Shown piece after piece: positions 27,473 through 45,640 of a DNA stretch of 64,000 nt (the stretch's first letter is position 1; each line of letters opens with the position of its first letter). The stretch lies in the NCBI RefSeq assembly GCF_009914755.1, contig NC_060925.1; one strand, given 5' to 3'. The position numbers and the translations under genes were made by a program. Origin of the DNA: the human T2T-CHM13v2.0 reference genome, Homo sapiens. The notes beneath the pieces are model-generated. The model did not search any database and had not been told where the DNA came from. It was given only the letters and a program-made list of their open reading frames with translations.

Positions 27473-27622
27473 GGCCAGGTGTGGTGGTTCAAGCCTATAA
27501 TCCCAGTACTTTTGAAGGCTGAGGAGGGAGGATCGCTTGGGCCCAGGAGTTCGAGGTTGCAATGAGCTATGATTGCGCCAGTGCATTCCAGCCTTGGTGA
27601 CCGAGTGAGACCCTGTCTCAAA
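27473..27622 (+). mobile_element. FLAM/monomeric Alu
   Basis: Single Alu monomer. Confidence 0.8.
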
Positions 27623-27634
27623 ATTTAATTAATT

Positions 27635-27935
<301 letters not shown>

Positions 27936-28360
27936 AATTAATTTTTAAAAAGAAAGGGTTTTCTGTGGAGGTGGCAGCTGAACTGGACTTTAAGTATTGA
28001 TAGGATTTCAACAGACACATATGAGAAGGGGGGTTAGATAGGGAAGAAAGGGAATTACAGAGAGAAGCAATAGCAAGAACAAAGACTTGGGTCATGGGGG
28101 GAAGTGCAGGGCATGCTGAAAACTTGTGTTCTTGGCTAGATGGAATATAAGGTTCACCAAGGGCATAGGCAGGAGATAAGGCTGGCATTAGAGGGTAGAG
28201 AGCCTTGGACACCAGGCTAAAGGGTTAGAACCCCACTCGGCAATAGGAATCATTTAGGATTTTCACTTGTAAGGAGTAATGTTTAAAAGTATGCTTTATA
28301 ATGACATCTGTCAGTGATAGTTGAAGAAGGTTTGCTAATTTCCAGGCAAAAGAACACTGA

Positions 28361-28479
28361 GGCCAGGTGCAGTGGTCTCATGCCTGTAATCCTAACACTT
28401 TGGGAGGCCAAGCAGGAGAATGGTTTAAGGCCAGGAGTTTGAGACCAGCCTGGTCAACAGAGCAAGATGCTGTCTCTAC

Positions 28480-28521
<42 letters not shown>
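28361..28521 (+). mobile_element. Alu left monomer (FLAM/J) with long A-tail
   Basis: ggccaggtgcagtggtctcatgcctgtaatcc... followed by ~40 A. Confidence 0.85.
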
Positions 28522-28525
<4 letters not shown>

Positions 28526-29468
28526 AGAGAGAGAGAGAAAGGAACAGTGAGGCTGGCCTAAGGAGTTGGTGGTGGGCAGATAAAGAGAGGGCAGATGTAC
28601 TATACAGTGAACATGGGGGACCTGGAAACTGGCTGGATATGGTACTGAGGAGCAGGGAGAGATTATGTGGTGAAACTCCACACAGAGGCGTGGGCACTAA
28701 CTAAACTTATTGAATATCACCACTTTCTGGTAGTTTCCTTATCTCTAAAAATGGACATAGTAAATCAGCCTTACACGGTTATTGTGGAAAGACTGGATTT
28801 GATTCTGCATGTAAGGTACCTGGCAAATAAAGCAGGCACTCAGTATGTGGCAGCTATTATTTTTATGGGTTTGAGCATGATGACTAAAAGTTTGATGATG
28901 ACATTGACCAAAGTAGGAAACACAGTGGGAGGAGCGGGTTTTTCTCTTTGTCTGTGTGTGGCAGTGGGGATGGTGGGGGAAACTGGCTAACAAATTCAGT
29001 TTGAGATCTGTGGAATTTGAGGAATCGCATCCAGGTAGAGCTGTCTAGGAGGCAACTACATAATTTGGGTCTGGAATTCCATTTGGGCTATGAATCAGCA
29101 AGATAAAGGAGAAAACTGAAGCCACAGGATCAGGTGAGAAAACCCAGAGGGAGGGAAGAGCTAGGAGAGTGATGGTTGAGACACATGAACATGGCCTGCA
29201 GGCCTGCGGGATCCCAGCCCTCACTGAGAGAGGAGAATCAGGAAAGGGCGAACCATGCAGCCGGGAGAAGACAGCCTCAGGCGGAAGGGCAGGGACCTGC
29301 ACCCCAGGCTACCACGAGGTGAAGAAAAGGCTTTTGATAGGGCTTTAAAGTTGCCTAAGACCCCGAAGACTGCCATTTCAGGAGTGAGGAGCTGGACCCC
29401 AGAATTCAAGATGCTGAGAGGTACATGAGAGTCAATAGACACTTCTCAGCACTCTAAAGTCTGATGGG

Positions 29469-29883
<415 letters not shown>

Positions 29884-30482
29884 CTATTAATGGGAGGCAG
29901 CAATGGCATAATGCAAAGGTTAGGGGAGGAAAGAAGGACAAAGTGCTTTTGAAAGGTCATTCTCAACAAGGAGGGGGAAAATAATCTCTCAGAGACAGGA
30001 ATTTAGGAAGAGAGGGAGATAGAGGAAGATACTAAAGAGTTACAAAAAAATTACTTTGGAAGCTTGCGCAGGTTGGCCTAGAAACCTCTATGAACAAGAG
30101 CAGCAACAGTGGGGTTAGAGGAAAGTGGAGAAGATTGGGAATTATCCCTATGGGAAATTGGTCCCTCTCTGCCTTTCAATTAAGTTGTGTGCCCCAGGGG
30201 AGTTGTGAGGGTACTTGGAAGGGAATGATGAAGGATTTAGGGAAAAGGTGGAGCTGAGAGTTGGAGGGTCAGATATAATCTATTACAATGGCAACAATTA
30301 AAATGATAATATCCAATATTGGCAAGGATGTTATCATATACTGAGGTATAATTTTTCTGGAAGGCCAATTTGGCAAAATGTATTAAAATCTTTTCAAATG
30401 CGTATACTTCGTGGCCCTCTATTTGCAGTTCTAAGTATTCAATCTAAGGAAATAAAAGATATGTACAGATATGTTCAGTGCT

Positions 30483-30775
30483 CTTTATTTATTTGAAACA
30501 GAGTCTCACTCTGTTGCCCAGGCTGGAGAACAGTGGTGCGATCATGGTTCACTGAAGCCTTGACCTCCCAAGCTCATATGATCCTCCCACCTCAGCCTCC
30601 TGAATAGGTGGGACCACAGGCATTCTCTACCACTCTCGGCTAATTGTTTTATTTTTTGTAGAGACAGGGTCTCCTTATGTTGCCCAGGCTGGTCTTACTC
30701 TTGGGATCATATAATCCTCCCACCTCAGCCTCCCAAAGTGTTGGGATTACAAGCACAGGCCACCACACCTGGACT
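30483..30775 (-). mobile_element. Alu (J-type) inside a probable old L1M fragment
   Basis: Diverged full dimer; flanks resemble an L1 3' end. Confidence 0.85.
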
Positions 30776-32810
30776 CACTCGGTACTATTCCTGATAGCTA
30801 AAAAAAAAAAAAAAAAAAAGAGGAAACAATCAAATTTTCAACAAGGCAGTAGAATACAGTACATGGTTAGAAGATAATACTTATCAGGCACTAAAAATGT
30901 AGAAAAGTATTTATTGGCATGATCAAATGATCATGACATTAGTAAGTGTAAAAGAAAACATAATACATAAAATATAAGTATATTCCTATTCTTTTAAATA
31001 CCTACCTGTCTACATACACAGATACATGCATACACATATTTAGAGAGAGGGAGGGAAGGAGAGAGAGAGGTATCTGGCTTGAGCAGCTAGGGAAGTAGTG
31101 TGACCATTAGCTAGGACAAAGAATTTAGGAGAAATTAGCAGTGTCGGTGCAGAAAATACAGAGTTCCTGTTAGGTTTAACCTGTGAAATATCCTGGGGAT
31201 ATGCCACAAGCGTGGCTGCACACATAGGTCTGAAGCTCAAGAGAGAGATTTCAGCTATAGACATCAGGAGCCATCAGCCTTTAGAGGTTGCTTAAAACTT
31301 AGGAGTAGATGATACTACCCTGAAAAGGAGTAAAGAAGAGAGGGCAGCCGAAGACAGACCGCCTCCCCCCATCCTCAGCAATTAAACAATACTATTTACA
31401 GGGTGGGCAAAAGGAGTAGAGCCTGCAAAGAATAGTCTCTAAATTGCTAGCAATCTATAGTTCTACTACCCCAGCCGAGTACTGGAAACATGTAACCTTG
31501 TTTCCACTTTATTGATAAAATGCACAGGAGCTCTCCTCCATCACCTTTCCTCACTCAAGGGTCTGTGTATAATTCTGACTCATGCCTTTAACCCTTCTGC
31601 CTAATTCAGAGGCGACTTCTCACCTCCTTGTAAAGGCCAACCAATTCCTTGAATCCGCTAACTTCTCAATTGTCTCCCTCTGATGGTGTACTCTGAGATG
31701 TTCTCTTTATCAAACATTTTCAGCATCCCCTGTGCCACTAGCTTTGTTTCCTTTACTTACAAATACGCCAGGATTTTCTCGATCCTGAGAACTCTAACTG
31801 GCATGATTGTCTCCAATATTTCCTGCTGTTTCCTCCCTATAGTGCCAAACTTCTCCAATGCATGGTCTACACTCACTCCACAGCCCTCTTCCTTATAAAC
31901 CACGGCAATGTCAAGCAACTCCCTAAACTGAAACTGCCCCCTCAAAAGTTACTGGTAATCTCCTTATCTTAAAATCCAGTGGGTTTCATTTGGCCATCAC
32001 AGTCTTTGATCCTTCTGCAAATTTGATGACGCTGACCATCTTTCTTTCTTGAAAACTCTTTCCATTTTGGTTCAATTAACACTTACCGGTTCCCCTTTGG
32101 TTCAATAAACATTGACTGAACACCTCTTAGGTGCTAAAATAAAAAAGATACAATACTTGATATCGGAGTGTGAGAAGTTTTAACCTAGTTGGGAAGTGTC
32201 AATGAATTTCACAACAGAGATCTTTGCCCTGTTGAGAAAGGCTGAAGTGGTAGATGCAAACTCTGTGAGTTGAGGAGTTCAGCCAACTTACAATGGGAAG
32301 AGAGGGAGAGGAAATAGCAAACGTAATTGATATTGTCAAGAAATTTACTGGAGAAGAGAAAAAGAAAACTTTCTAGAAAATGCCTATAAGTGGCTATAGG
32401 ACAATGGAGCAGTGTTTTCAGAATGTGGAGAGACTTCAGCATGTTCTTAGAATGAAGAGAAGTGCAAGTAGACAAGAAGAAGTTGAAAACAGAGGAGAGA
32501 GAGAAGATAATGGATGGGGCAAAGTCCTGGAAGTACCAGGAAGTGTTGGGATGCATATCACAGAGCTGCTATGAACAGAGGGAGGGCGCTCTTCCACTAC
32601 ATCGTACTTAAGCATGTATGATTTGAGGGTGAAAAAGAGTTCCTCCTTTGGTACTATACTGGAGAGGTTATAGATAGGTGGCCCAAATACTTGGCCTAAA
32701 GATGTGGTTTTTTTTTTTGATCTGCAAAGAATTTTAAAGTAATTGGAACTTGTTGCTAACACTTACAGATCATGAGATTTCAAATAAAAATCTGTATTAC
32801 CAGCTTCTTA

Positions 32811-33221
<411 letters not shown>

Positions 33222-33812
33222 CTAACGCTTACCACTGGACCACTTCACTCATTTGCATGATAGTCCTCTAGGCATCTGATTCTGTCACTCCTTCTATTAT
33301 TATCTCCCCTGCTTTTCAGACTGACTCTTCCATGTTACTTTCAGTGGCTTCTCTCTCTCGTATTGGATAGCTAGATGTTACTTCTGTTCTCAATCTTTTC
33401 CCACATGTTTTTCCTCTGATAACTTGTTCAGCTATCATTTCCATGTAGATCACTTGCAACTCGGTATTATAAAATCATTTAATATTGAAGTTGAAAAAGA
33501 ATTTAGAAATCAAATAATTCAATCTTCTCAATCTCTGAAACCTTGTTGGGTAACAGAATTCTGTAACTCAAAAGAACTTTAGAAATTAATCAGCAGTTTA
33601 ATTTACAAATAAGGAAATTGAGGTCTCGGAGAGATTAAGCAATACTTTCTACCTCACCACACAATTCTGAGCAATTCAGTACACATTTTCTGGGCTCCTA
33701 CTTTCTGCAAGGCACTGTGGGGGAATATAAAGTTGAACAAGGCAGAATTCCTTCCCTCAAGAAAGCCACTTCTGTTGGAGCAGACAGACATGCACTGTGG
33801 TCTGTCCTGTAA

Positions 33813-34182
<370 letters not shown>

Positions 34183-34624
34183 GAGAAGCCAAGTTTTAAT
34201 ACTGGATATCTGTTTTTTTAACTAGATGAGTAGGATCTTAAGAAGGGGATGGGCACGTTCTTCCTTATAGCTATCGTTGCACGTATGTATCTTTACTATA
34301 TGAGGGAATAGACTTATGCAAATGAAGGGATTTGTCCAAGATGACACTGTTAATTAAAGACAAGGTTAGGTCTAGAAATCAGGTCTCCTAACTCCAACTC
34401 CAGTGCTCTTTCCCTTATATCTCAGTGTGACATATCACCCCTTATCTCTCTTGAGCACTATCCCATATTGTTAATTGCCTGTTAGGCATTTCTTCCAGTT
34501 AGGGTGGATCAAAAATCCTGTGGCCACATACAACACACAACAATATACATAACCATAACAACATACTTCATATCTATTTTGGCAATAAGTCCTGTTAACT
34601 TGTCCTTCCAAATGTTTTTTGGGG

Positions 34625-34916
34625 GTGAGATGCAGTGGCTCACGCCTGTAATCCCAACACTTTGGGAGGTTGAGGAGGGAGGATCACTTGAAACCAAGAG
34701 TCCAAGACCAGCCTGGGGAACATGACAAGACTCTGTTCTACAAAATTTAAAAATTAGCCAGATACAGTGGTGTGCACCTGTAGTCTCAACTACTTGGGAG
34801 GCTGAGACGGGAAGATCGCTCGAGCCCAGGAGTTCAAGGCTGCAGTGAGCTATGATCATGCTCGCTGCACTCCAGCCTAGGTGACAAAGTGAGACTCTGT
34901 CTCAAAAAAAAAAAAA
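34625..34916 (+). mobile_element. Alu (J-type)
   Basis: Full dimer. Confidence 0.9.
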
Positions 34917-35436
34917 GTCTTTTTAATCTAGGCCTTTCTTTGGCAACCACTTCTACGACCCTAGTGGAAGTGGACAAACTTATTATCTTAATACGGTTTT
35001 GCCTTCAGCCTCTGAAAGACTCATAGAGCCTTATAGTTGAAAAGAACCTCAGAGGTTATCTATATCCAAACTTCAGCTGAAGACAGAATTGTTTCTATAT
35101 TACTTCTGATCCTGACAATGGTCAGCCAGCTGCTGTGCAGGGCACTCCCTACCTTCAGAGGCAGCTCATTTCACTAGCAGACACCAGGGTAATTACAAAG
35201 TTCTGTCACTCACCTATGAAACATGTTTACTAACATGCCAGACACAGTGCTTGGGACACTGGATATATAGCTGCACAGGGTCCCCATTGGCCTTAAGTAA
35301 CTTTCAGTTACTTGAGTCTCTTCATCTCTAACATGGAGATTATTGAAGCCTTCTTGTGAGAATCACCTGGTATAAAGTGTGTAGAAATGCTCTTTAACTA
35401 AGGGCAATACATGTAAGGCTTTCCCCTCCAGCTCCC

Positions 35437-35801
<365 letters not shown>

Positions 35802-36077
35802 TGATTCCATTATCATCTTTTAAATTACATTTTATACATACAAAAGAATAATTATAATGTATACATGTGTTATATACTTAATTAGGTTAATACCCATAAA
35901 CCTACCTTTTATCCCAAAAACTGCACCATTACCAATGGCATCCACCTGTGTGTTTTTTCTCCTCCCATCCCCAATCTCTCTACGGTAACTATTAATACAT
36001 TTTGTGCTTATCATTCCTTGCTTTTCCCAAAGTTTTATCATATATGTAAACACAATATTGCTTAATTTTGCTTGTTT

Positions 36078-36158
36078 TGGAACTCCTGGGCTCAGGTGAT
36101 CTTCCCGCCCTGGCCTCACAGAGTGCTGGGATTACAGGCGTGAGCCACTGAGCCTGGC
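36078..36158 (-). mobile_element. Alu 5' fragment
   Basis: Left-arm head only. Confidence 0.8.
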
Positions 36159-36289
36159 CTGTTCCTAAGATTGATCCACTCCGATTATGTACTTTGTACC
36201 TATTTTCCAAGCCTCATCTTCTTCACGCAGCCTTCAGATCACAGGAGCACAAAGTGATCTTTCCCGTTTCTGAACGCCTCTAGCACTCA

Positions 36290-38220
<1,931 letters not shown>

Positions 38221-38435
38221 GATTGTCAAATGTAAATCAGTCCGACTGGAAGCACTAACTCCTGAGCGCCCCCTCCCAGGCTGATCTGAACTAGACCTAG
38301 CAGGGAGAAGTGCAGGAGGCTGTAGGAGCTTCCTACTGCCTCCTTTTCCTCTTGGGCCTCTGGTTTACCAAGTGTGAAATAGGGCAGGGGAATGGACTTT
38401 GGATAGTGACACAGTGATTTAAGACAGCAAACAGA

Positions 38436-38735
38436 GTGCCAGGCGCCGTGGCTCACGCCTGTAATCCCAACACTTTGGGAGGCCAAGGAGGGCAGATCAC
38501 GAGGTCAGGAGTTCGAGACCAGCCTGACCAACATGGTGAAACCCCGTCTCTACTAAAAATACAAAAATTAGCCAAGTGTGGTGGCACGCGCCTGTAATCC
38601 TAGCTACTCAGGAGGCTGAGGCAGGAGACTCGCTTGAACCCAGGAGGCAGAGGTTGCAGTGAGCCAAGATCGCACCACTGCACTCCAGCCTGGGTGACAG
38701 AGCGAGACTCTCAAAAAAAAAAAAAAAAAAAAAAA
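38436..38735 (+). mobile_element. Alu (Sg-like)
   Basis: Full dimer; TSD aagac(a/t)gcaaacaga. Confidence 0.95.
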
Positions 38736-39126
38736 AGACTGCAAACAGATACGAGGGGCTGATATGAGGGGGCTGTATTGGCTCCAGTAGAAGTGAGCCA
38801 TTCTGGGACCTGGGGTGGGGTCGCCCAAGTGTCCCTTTCACATATGCTGTTCTGAAACAAGTTTCCACAATCACAAGGCTGGAAAAGTTACTCAGCCCAT
38901 AGGACTGAGGGGTGTGAGTCAGAAGAACATGAGCTACAGAGAAGTGGTCTGGCCTTCTTGGCTGGAACAAATACCACCCTTTGCCTCCTGCCTACCAAGA
39001 GCCACCTCTTTGGATACAGGAGCCCAGTGGGTGCTAATTCTTCTGTGCACCGATATCTGAGTCCAGAAAACTGGGACCCTAAGGATCTGTGCTGCTTCAG
39101 GAGCTGATCTTGCAGCTGAAAAGTAA

Positions 39127-39908
<782 letters not shown>

Positions 39909-40020
39909 GGCAGTGCATTTTTAAAAGGAGCTTCACTACGGTTGTAGAGAGAAAACAGAAACTGGTACCTACATTTCCAGGTAAAATGAGGTAGGTGCTA
40001 TAAAGAAGGGTTAGATTCCT

Positions 40021-40394
<374 letters not shown>

Positions 40395-40699
40395 TCAGGA
40401 AAAGTTTCATGATGGGAAAATTGTAGGAGTAAAACCTTAAAGATAGGAAGGGTTGCGAAAATAGAAATAGGCGTGGTAGAGCAGTTTTTTGCTAGACCTC
40501 TTCTTACCTAAACCAAGTAAATTCATTTATTTTCACGTCTTTGACTAGTAGCAGTAGTAAGTATTCTCTTCAGTATCTACAAAACTCATTTTTTCTCCAT
40601 CCTTCTGTCTACGACTTCCTTGGGTGTAGGCTCTCACTATTTCTACTTGTAGAGCATCCTGACAGGCCACTTGCCTCCAATGCGGCATTCCTTTCCAGT

Positions 40700-41280
40700 T
40701 GATTTTCAGCATTACTGTCAGAGGGGAACTTTTACTGGCAGGAGCTTTCTGAAATGCAAGTTTGGTCAAATCCCTCCTCTACTTAAAATCTTTTGATGAC
40801 CAAACATCTTCTGCAGAATAAAGTCCAAGTCTTGGCAATCAAGGCCCTTCATAACGGGGCCTCTGCCTACCTCTTCGGTTCTATGTGCTGTTCCTTTGAC
40901 CTGCACCACAGTATTTGATTTCCTGAAGCCACCATAGTCTCTCCATACCTTATGTGTTATTCCTGCCATAAGGAATGTCTTCCTTACTCTCATTTGCCCA
41001 GGCGACTCCTATATGTCTTCAAAATCCAGCTCAAGCACCTCCTCTGAGAAGCCTCCTCTCATTTTCATTAGTTTGGATTTGGGTGTACCACATCTCTGAT
41101 CCCAAAAGCCCACTTACATTCTTTCTATGTGACATTTAACACAGACTTAAGTATAAACTGTTGGTTAACTTATCTCTTGTGGCCATTAGACTGTGAATTG
41201 CCTAGAGGTAGGAGCTATCTCATTCCTGTGTCCCCAGTGCCTAACACAAGGTTTCACACAGTATGTTTGTTGGATTTCAG
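40700..41280. mobile_element. L2 LINE 3' fragment
   Basis: aataaagtccaagtc ... cagctcaagcacctcctctgagaagcct ... ccagtgcctaacaca ... tgtttgttgg resembles L2. Confidence 0.55.
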
Positions 41281-41754
41281 ACAGATTATGGCGTGAGCCA
41301 TACCACAAAGGATCTGTCAGGGAACTGATAGGGCTGTCTGGTCTGCCTAGAGTTCAAGGGATGCAGAGGGAGCCATAGGGACTAAGCCTGGAAAAGAGGT
41401 TGTGCTGGCTCTTTGAAGGCCTTGGGAGCAAGGCCAAGGAGTTAGGACTTTAGATGGTGGGCAGTGGAGAACCATGACATGTTAGATTATCAGAGCTGGG
41501 CCAAAGATGGGGAGGATGGATTGGAAATGGGGAAGGTGGGGGGTGAGAGAAAACAAGCAGCTATTAGCTCTGTTTTATAGAAACAGAGGCTTAAGAAGAA
41601 TGTGACTACCCAAGACCACACAGCTGGTAAGGGGCAGAACTAGGAGTTGAACCAGTTAGTTCTGGACTATGCCAAGTTCAGAGATCCTTGTGCCACACTA
41701 ACAAGGAGTATACAGTAGATCAGGCTTCAAGGTTGTCCAAGTGTGAGAGGGATA

Positions 41755-42650
41755 CTTTATCAGTCAGGATAGGTTATATTGCAGACACAGTACTCAAAAT
41801 CACTGTAGTTTAACAAAACAGAGTTACTATCTATTCACACAAAGTCCACTCGTGCTGGACAAAACCTTAGGGCAGCTTAGCCGTCTAGGCTGCTTTGATC
41901 TGCTAGCACTCCTCAACACGTGCTTCTGCAATTCCCACAACAGGGAAAGAGTGTTTGAAGAATCAGGCACTAGCTGCATTTCAGAAGGGACACACATTAC
42001 TTCCCATTATAGGCTACTGCCCAGAACTAGCCCAATAACCCCACTTGACTATACAGGGACTGGGATGCACGGCCTTTTGTGTGTCCAGGAAGGGAAGAGA
42101 ACAGGAAATATGTGTGGGCAAAACTAATGCCTACCCAAGACATCATGGAATGATGCCTATAAGGAAGGAGGTACAGGCCAGGCCAGTCTGAGGAACCAAC
42201 AGCAGATGTGCAGAAGAGAGTGGTCCTCTCTTCATGGCTGTGGCTGAGCTACAGTGTACATTGTACCAGTGGGTTCTCACCTGTACCAATGTCTGCAGAA
42301 TTTTGGGAACTACAAGGACAGAGGAGAGGATGGCCTCACTCAGATGGTGGTTGGCAAAAGGCCTCAGTTCTTTGCCATGTGGGCCTTTCCATAGAGCTGC
42401 TTAAGTGTCCCACAGTATGGGATCTGGCTTTCTCCAGGGCAAATGAGAGACAGAGAGAGGGAGAGAGAGAGAGAGACCATGACTTAGCGAGAGACAGAGA
42501 GTAGAGCCATGACTTAGCCTTGGAAGTCACATGCCATCACTCTGCCTTTTTTAATTGGACACACATACCAACCATGATTCACTGAGGGAGGGGACCACAC
42601 AAGGGCATGAATACCAGGGAGGGATAATTGGAGGTCATCTTGGAAGCTGC
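41755..42650. mobile_element. MaLR (MLT1-type) LTR fragments
   Basis: tcagtcaggataggttatattgcag ... gccttggaagtcacatgccatcac ... ggtcatcttggaagctg resemble MLT1 LTRs. Confidence 0.55.
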
Positions 42651-43107
42651 TACAGGGGAGCAGGTAACCAACAGGGAGCCTCCTCTAGAGGGTGGTATCC
42701 TCTTAACCCCTTCCTGCTCAGCTCATCGTTCCTCTCTGCCTCTACTGAGGGAGAAGTGAGGGGAAGACTGCAATGACCGTATGAGGGAAGCAGGACCAGT
42801 ACAGATGGTCATCGGCATTTTGCAGATGAGGAAACCCAAGGCATGAAGCCTGACTCCTGTGTGCTCCCACAACTAAGGCTAGCACCCACAGCCTTAACCA
42901 TGCTTCATGGATTTTAGGCGTTCATAGGCCTGTCTCTGCCATCGTATATGGCCCCTCACACTCCGCGTTCGCCTCTGCAGCACCTGGGCTAGGTACAGAG
43001 AAGCAGCCACACCCTGTTCGGAGGAAGCCAAGCCGGATCTGCTTTCCTCCACAGCCGCTCCATCTGCCCCAGGGCACGGCTGTGCCAGGTATGAGGGAGG
43101 AGGCAGG

Positions 43108-43716
<609 letters not shown>

Positions 43717-44322
43717 AAGGAGGCAAGTTTAAGAGAAGACGACCCTGGCTGGAAGGCATGGCGGAGTGGGGTGGGGTGGTCCTGTGGGGTGTGTCAGGTG
43801 GGGAGAAAGAGGCTCCTTGGCACTGTTAAAGCACTTTGAAAGGGCAAGAGCGGCTTCCTCTGCTGGAGGGAAGCATGCTGTGAGGAGCACGAGGGTGGAA
43901 TCCACCTGTGCCTAACATAGTGCCCGGGCAAGTCTCTGCTGAGGAAGGCTTTCAGCAGTCAAAGGTCCTCACCGTGCCAACTCCCACCCCCAACACCATT
44001 CTGGTTTGAACTCAACCTTGGGTGGCATTTCTATTTTTGTGTCCCAGAATCCCTCCTGAGGCTTCTAGCTGGGCAATCCCTCCTTAGTGTGGGCTGGGGC
44101 TGCCTCCTTCTGACAGAACACTTAGAAGAAATTCTCACCTGAAAACCCCACCTGAGACATGTGGAAGTGCCCCGCCCTGAAGGCCGCCCCCCATTCTTCC
44201 CTGCTGAGATGAAGCACTGCCTCTCACCCTGATGGGGCCACACCAGTCCTTCCTTCCCATCCTCGCGGCACCAAAGAAACCAAAACCCACGCCGAAGTAT
44301 CAGAAACGTGTATTCTTTTTCT

Positions 44323-44328
44323 TTTAAT
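44323..44328 (-). terminator. MEF2D: MEF2D distal polyadenylation signal ATTAAA with GU-rich downstream element
   Basis: Minus strand ...ctATTAAAagaaaaagaatacacg... followed by gtgggttttggtttctttggtg. Confidence 0.75.
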
Positions 44329-45504
44329 AGTAAACCTCTTTACAACAAATATAGTGAAAGAGTTTTCAAACAAAACTCATAAGAATCTCGAGGACTTTGT
44401 CTTTTCTTATTGTGTAGAATACTAAGAAAGCATCACCATACAGCACGAAAAGAAATATTGAAAACAAATCAACAGCCTCACACTTGGACTCGCCCTGCCC
44501 CAGGACCCAGGAAGAGCCCCAGGAGTGTGGGTGATTGTCAGGTGTGGGGGTGGGGCACCTCCATGGCCCATCCTGCCCCTCCCTTCCTCTTCCTCACCAC
44601 CTCCCTCCCTCTGGAGAATGGGGAAGAGGAGAGAATCCAGATTCTCCATTCCAGCCTCCCTCCCCCCATACAAATACCATTCCTTCTACCAACTGCTTTA
44701 AGGGGTGGGGAGAGGCAGCAGAGGGGAGAACAAGGAGTTCCCAGGCTCCATGTCTCCTCCCCTCCGCGAAAGCCTAAACTTACCCCTCACCCCACCCCAG
44801 GGGATTCCAAAGAGTCAGTTAAAAATATATAGAGATATAGATATTTCTAGATACACTTTTACATTTCTGTCTCTCCAAACAAATAAATAATCAGCAAGAG
44901 AAGGTGCATTACTTCCTTCCTGTCCAAGGTAGGGAGGGCTGGGAGGGGGTCAGGGGTCAGTCTTGCTGCACTGAGTGTGCTGTTGAGGGGGGGAGAATGG
45001 TGTGTTCCACTGAGGTGGTGGGGGGGGGTGTCCTCTTGCCCACTGTCCCTGAAAGCTGTGGGAAACCTGGGGAGGGGGAGGGCCATTAGATGACTCCAGT
45101 GGTTACTTTGGCAAATGCCCAGTTCTTCAGAGGGAGTGGGTGGAGGCGAATTTGGCTTGAGAGGAAGAAGACATTAAGTCCTCATCTGAGGTCTGGGTTC
45201 CCAGGGACCCATTCATCTGGCCGCCCAGGAGCCCCTACCCCCAAGAGAAACCTTCGGATACTGAACTGCAGAAATGTCACATATTCACAGACCACCCCAT
45301 CCCCAGGGACAGAGAAGAAAGGACACTGAAACATCCACACATGGTAATCAAAAGCCAGGTTTGCCTTTATGAGGCAGAGGGCAAAACTGGTGAATATTGC
45401 ACCGTGAATTGCAGGGGCCCTCACCCCCACCCCGTGTTTAATGGTGGCCAAGCCCAGCCTAGAAAGGTGGGCAGACTAATGTTGGGAATAGCCTGAGAAG
45501 GGAA

Positions 45505-45640
45505 GGCCATTCATTCATTTATTGAGCACCTATCATTCAACTATTCACCCATTCAGCATTTATTGAGTGCCTACTATGTGCCAGGCACTGGGCGAGGCTC
45601 TGGGGACGCATGCATGAACAAGATTACACCCTGGCTTCTT
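45505..45640 (-). mobile_element. L2 3'-end fragment in the MEF2D 3'UTR
   Basis: cattcattcatttattgagcacct ... catttattgagtgcctactatgtgccaggcactg is the typical L2 terminus. Confidence 0.8.

Noticed and set aside
44270-44277. ACCAAAGA miR-9-5p 8mer near the MEF2D 3' end (tempting miR-9 to MEF2D feedback)
   Set aside because: It is on the plus strand, opposite to the MEF2D mRNA, and beyond the predicted cleavage site. I saw no miR-9-5p seed match in the UTR sense strand.
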